The notes beneath the pieces are model-generated. The model made no database searches and was not told the DNA's origin. It saw only the letters and a program-made list of their open reading frames with translations. A program made the translations under genes and the position numbers. This document shows, piece by piece, positions 62,157 to 64,000 of a stretch of DNA of 64,000 bases. The DNA is from Rhizophagus irregularis (Eukaryota). How positions within the stretch are numbered: position 1 is the first letter of the stretch; each line of letters begins with the position of its first letter. The stretch lies in assembly GCF_026210795.1 (NCBI RefSeq), contig NC_089432.1:5394001-5458000 (forward strand), given 5' to 3'.

Positions 62157-62984
62157 GATTTAAGAAAGTTACTAAGAAAATCTTATATAAAAAAAAATTG
62201 ACAAAATAGAAAAAATAATGTGAGAAAGAAAAAATGTATAAGGAAAGCTATTTATATATTTTTTAATTTGATACATTTTTGGTTAATAATTATGATAAAT
62301 TATGACGCAATAGTTTTAATTTATAATGATGACACTCTGAAACATAAGATATAATCACATGAAGCATTCCAAATATTATATAATAATTATATACAATTCT
62401 TGTAAATAAAATTAATGATAGACGTAATTTTTAAAATTATTGTTTGAATCATTTATTATATTACATTTCTTTTGTGACATTATATCTTTTAAGGTAATTC
62501 AAATAATATTTTTTTGTAATAACTTGAATTTTTAAACGAGGTATGTAATTATATTTAATAATGACATATAATAATATTATTAATATGTAATTTTTTGTGC
62601 TAATTAATGCTTATGTTCTGGTCTTGTCCCATTATTTGGAATAACACAAGATCCAAATACTAAAAAATTATATGGTTGTAATGGGAAAATGCCACTTGAT
62701 AATTTAAGAAATGACTTATGTAGTTAAAGAGAATTTAGGCAAAAATCATAATGTGTAATAGAATAATGAAAAACAAAAAGGACAAGGATATTTATAATAT
62801 AAAAAATTTTATTAAGAAATAATAAGAAATAGAAAGAATAGAATAAAGAATAAAAAGAATAAAGGATTAAAGAATGGGTTTAATAATTGTTAATAAATAT
62901 AACAGAAAGAGAAAATATTAGAATAGAAGGAATAAAGTATAAAGAATTAGAAGTAAAAATAAGAAAAAAAATAAAAGAAAAAAT

Positions 62985-63573
62985 AATTAAAATTTGTTAA
63001 AATTAAAGAATATAATATAATCTAGATTAATGTTTTCAAAACTTAATAAACTTAACCATTAATATATAATTAAAGCTCCAAACCATATATTCAGAGCTTT
63101 ACATACTGTAATATATAATATTACCAAACTAAATATTTTAAATTTTACTACATATATAGTTAATTGTTATTTCATTAGCAGATTTCCATAAAATGTGATG
63201 AAAACCAATTACTAATATAACAAATCCCTTTAACTTTATATTAGGTTTAGATTTTGTTATTTTAACATACTCATCAAATACTCCTGAACTAGAATAGTAA
63301 GAAAATATAAAATGAAATAAAAATTTATTAAAATTAAAGAACATAATATAATCTAGATTATATTTTCAAAAATTAATATAGACCTTTAATATATAATACA
63401 TATTATATAATATAATATTAAAAATGCAATATATGCTAAACTAATATTTTAAATTTTATTATATATGTAGTTAGTTGTTACTTCATTAGCAGATTTCCAT
63501 AAAATGTGATGAAAACCAATTACTAATATAACAAATCCCTTTAACTTATTAGGTTTAGATTTTGTTATTTTAA
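62985..63573. repeat. Imperfect tandem duplication of about 0.3 kb
   Basis: TTCATTAGCAGATTTCCATAAAATGTGATGAAAACCAATTACTAATATAACAAATCCCTT at ~63171 and ~63482, with similar upstream flanks. Confidence 0.85.
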
Positions 63574-64000
63574 TGTGTGCTTTTACTAAAAAAAATAAAA
63601 AATGAGTTAATAATATAAAATCTAAACAAATTATAGCATTTAGAATATTTTTGGCATATAAAAGAAAATTTGAATTTTTTTAGTAGTTGCGCCCATAAAG
63701 TAATCAAGATAAAAAATTCAAAAAAGAGGATAAGCATAGATGTGAGAAATTTCAGATGATTTTATATTAGATGTATTATTTAAATGAGATGTATTAGCAG
63801 GGGCCAAATTTTCTTTTTTATATTCATTAATAATCCTTTGCCAAAAAGTTTGCAAAAACTTCATATAAAGAAAGTGGTTTTCATTTACCTATTATAAGAA
63901 AGAAATTGTTAGCAGTGCATCAATATTTATTTAGTGATAAAAGAAGGTACATAGCCAATTCCTCCTCCAGAATTAGCAGACTTGTATCAACTACAAAATT

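Overview
Very AT-rich eukaryotic DNA with short GT-AG introns. The gene families (Sel1-repeat tyrosine-kinase-like kinases, BTB/POZ, expanded F-box/LRR-like genes, Uma2-type nuclease) point to an arbuscular mycorrhizal fungus, Glomeromycotina/Rhizophagus-like; this assignment is inference. The window holds: an intact 13-exon Argonaute with a DEDH tetrad; seven F-box/LRR-like paralogues in two divergent clusters that form a large inverted duplication around a kinase with four ~300-aa Cys-rich repeats; several kinase and BTB pseudogenes; three TIR/TSD-bounded non-autonomous DNA transposons; and a Uma2-like gene. Two elements are not explained by these families. (1) 55092-56025 is a tandem array of mostly 42-nt micro-exons encoding a repeated peptide (G[HN]AQGK...DTMY), separated by near-identical, GC-rich, potentially structured ~142-nt introns. 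(2) 48675-51813 is a retroposed element with a 15-bp TSD, a (TAAA)n tail and a structured 3' UTR, carrying one large ORF with no recognisable RT or endonuclease. All coordinates and alignments were read by eye; no database searches were run.
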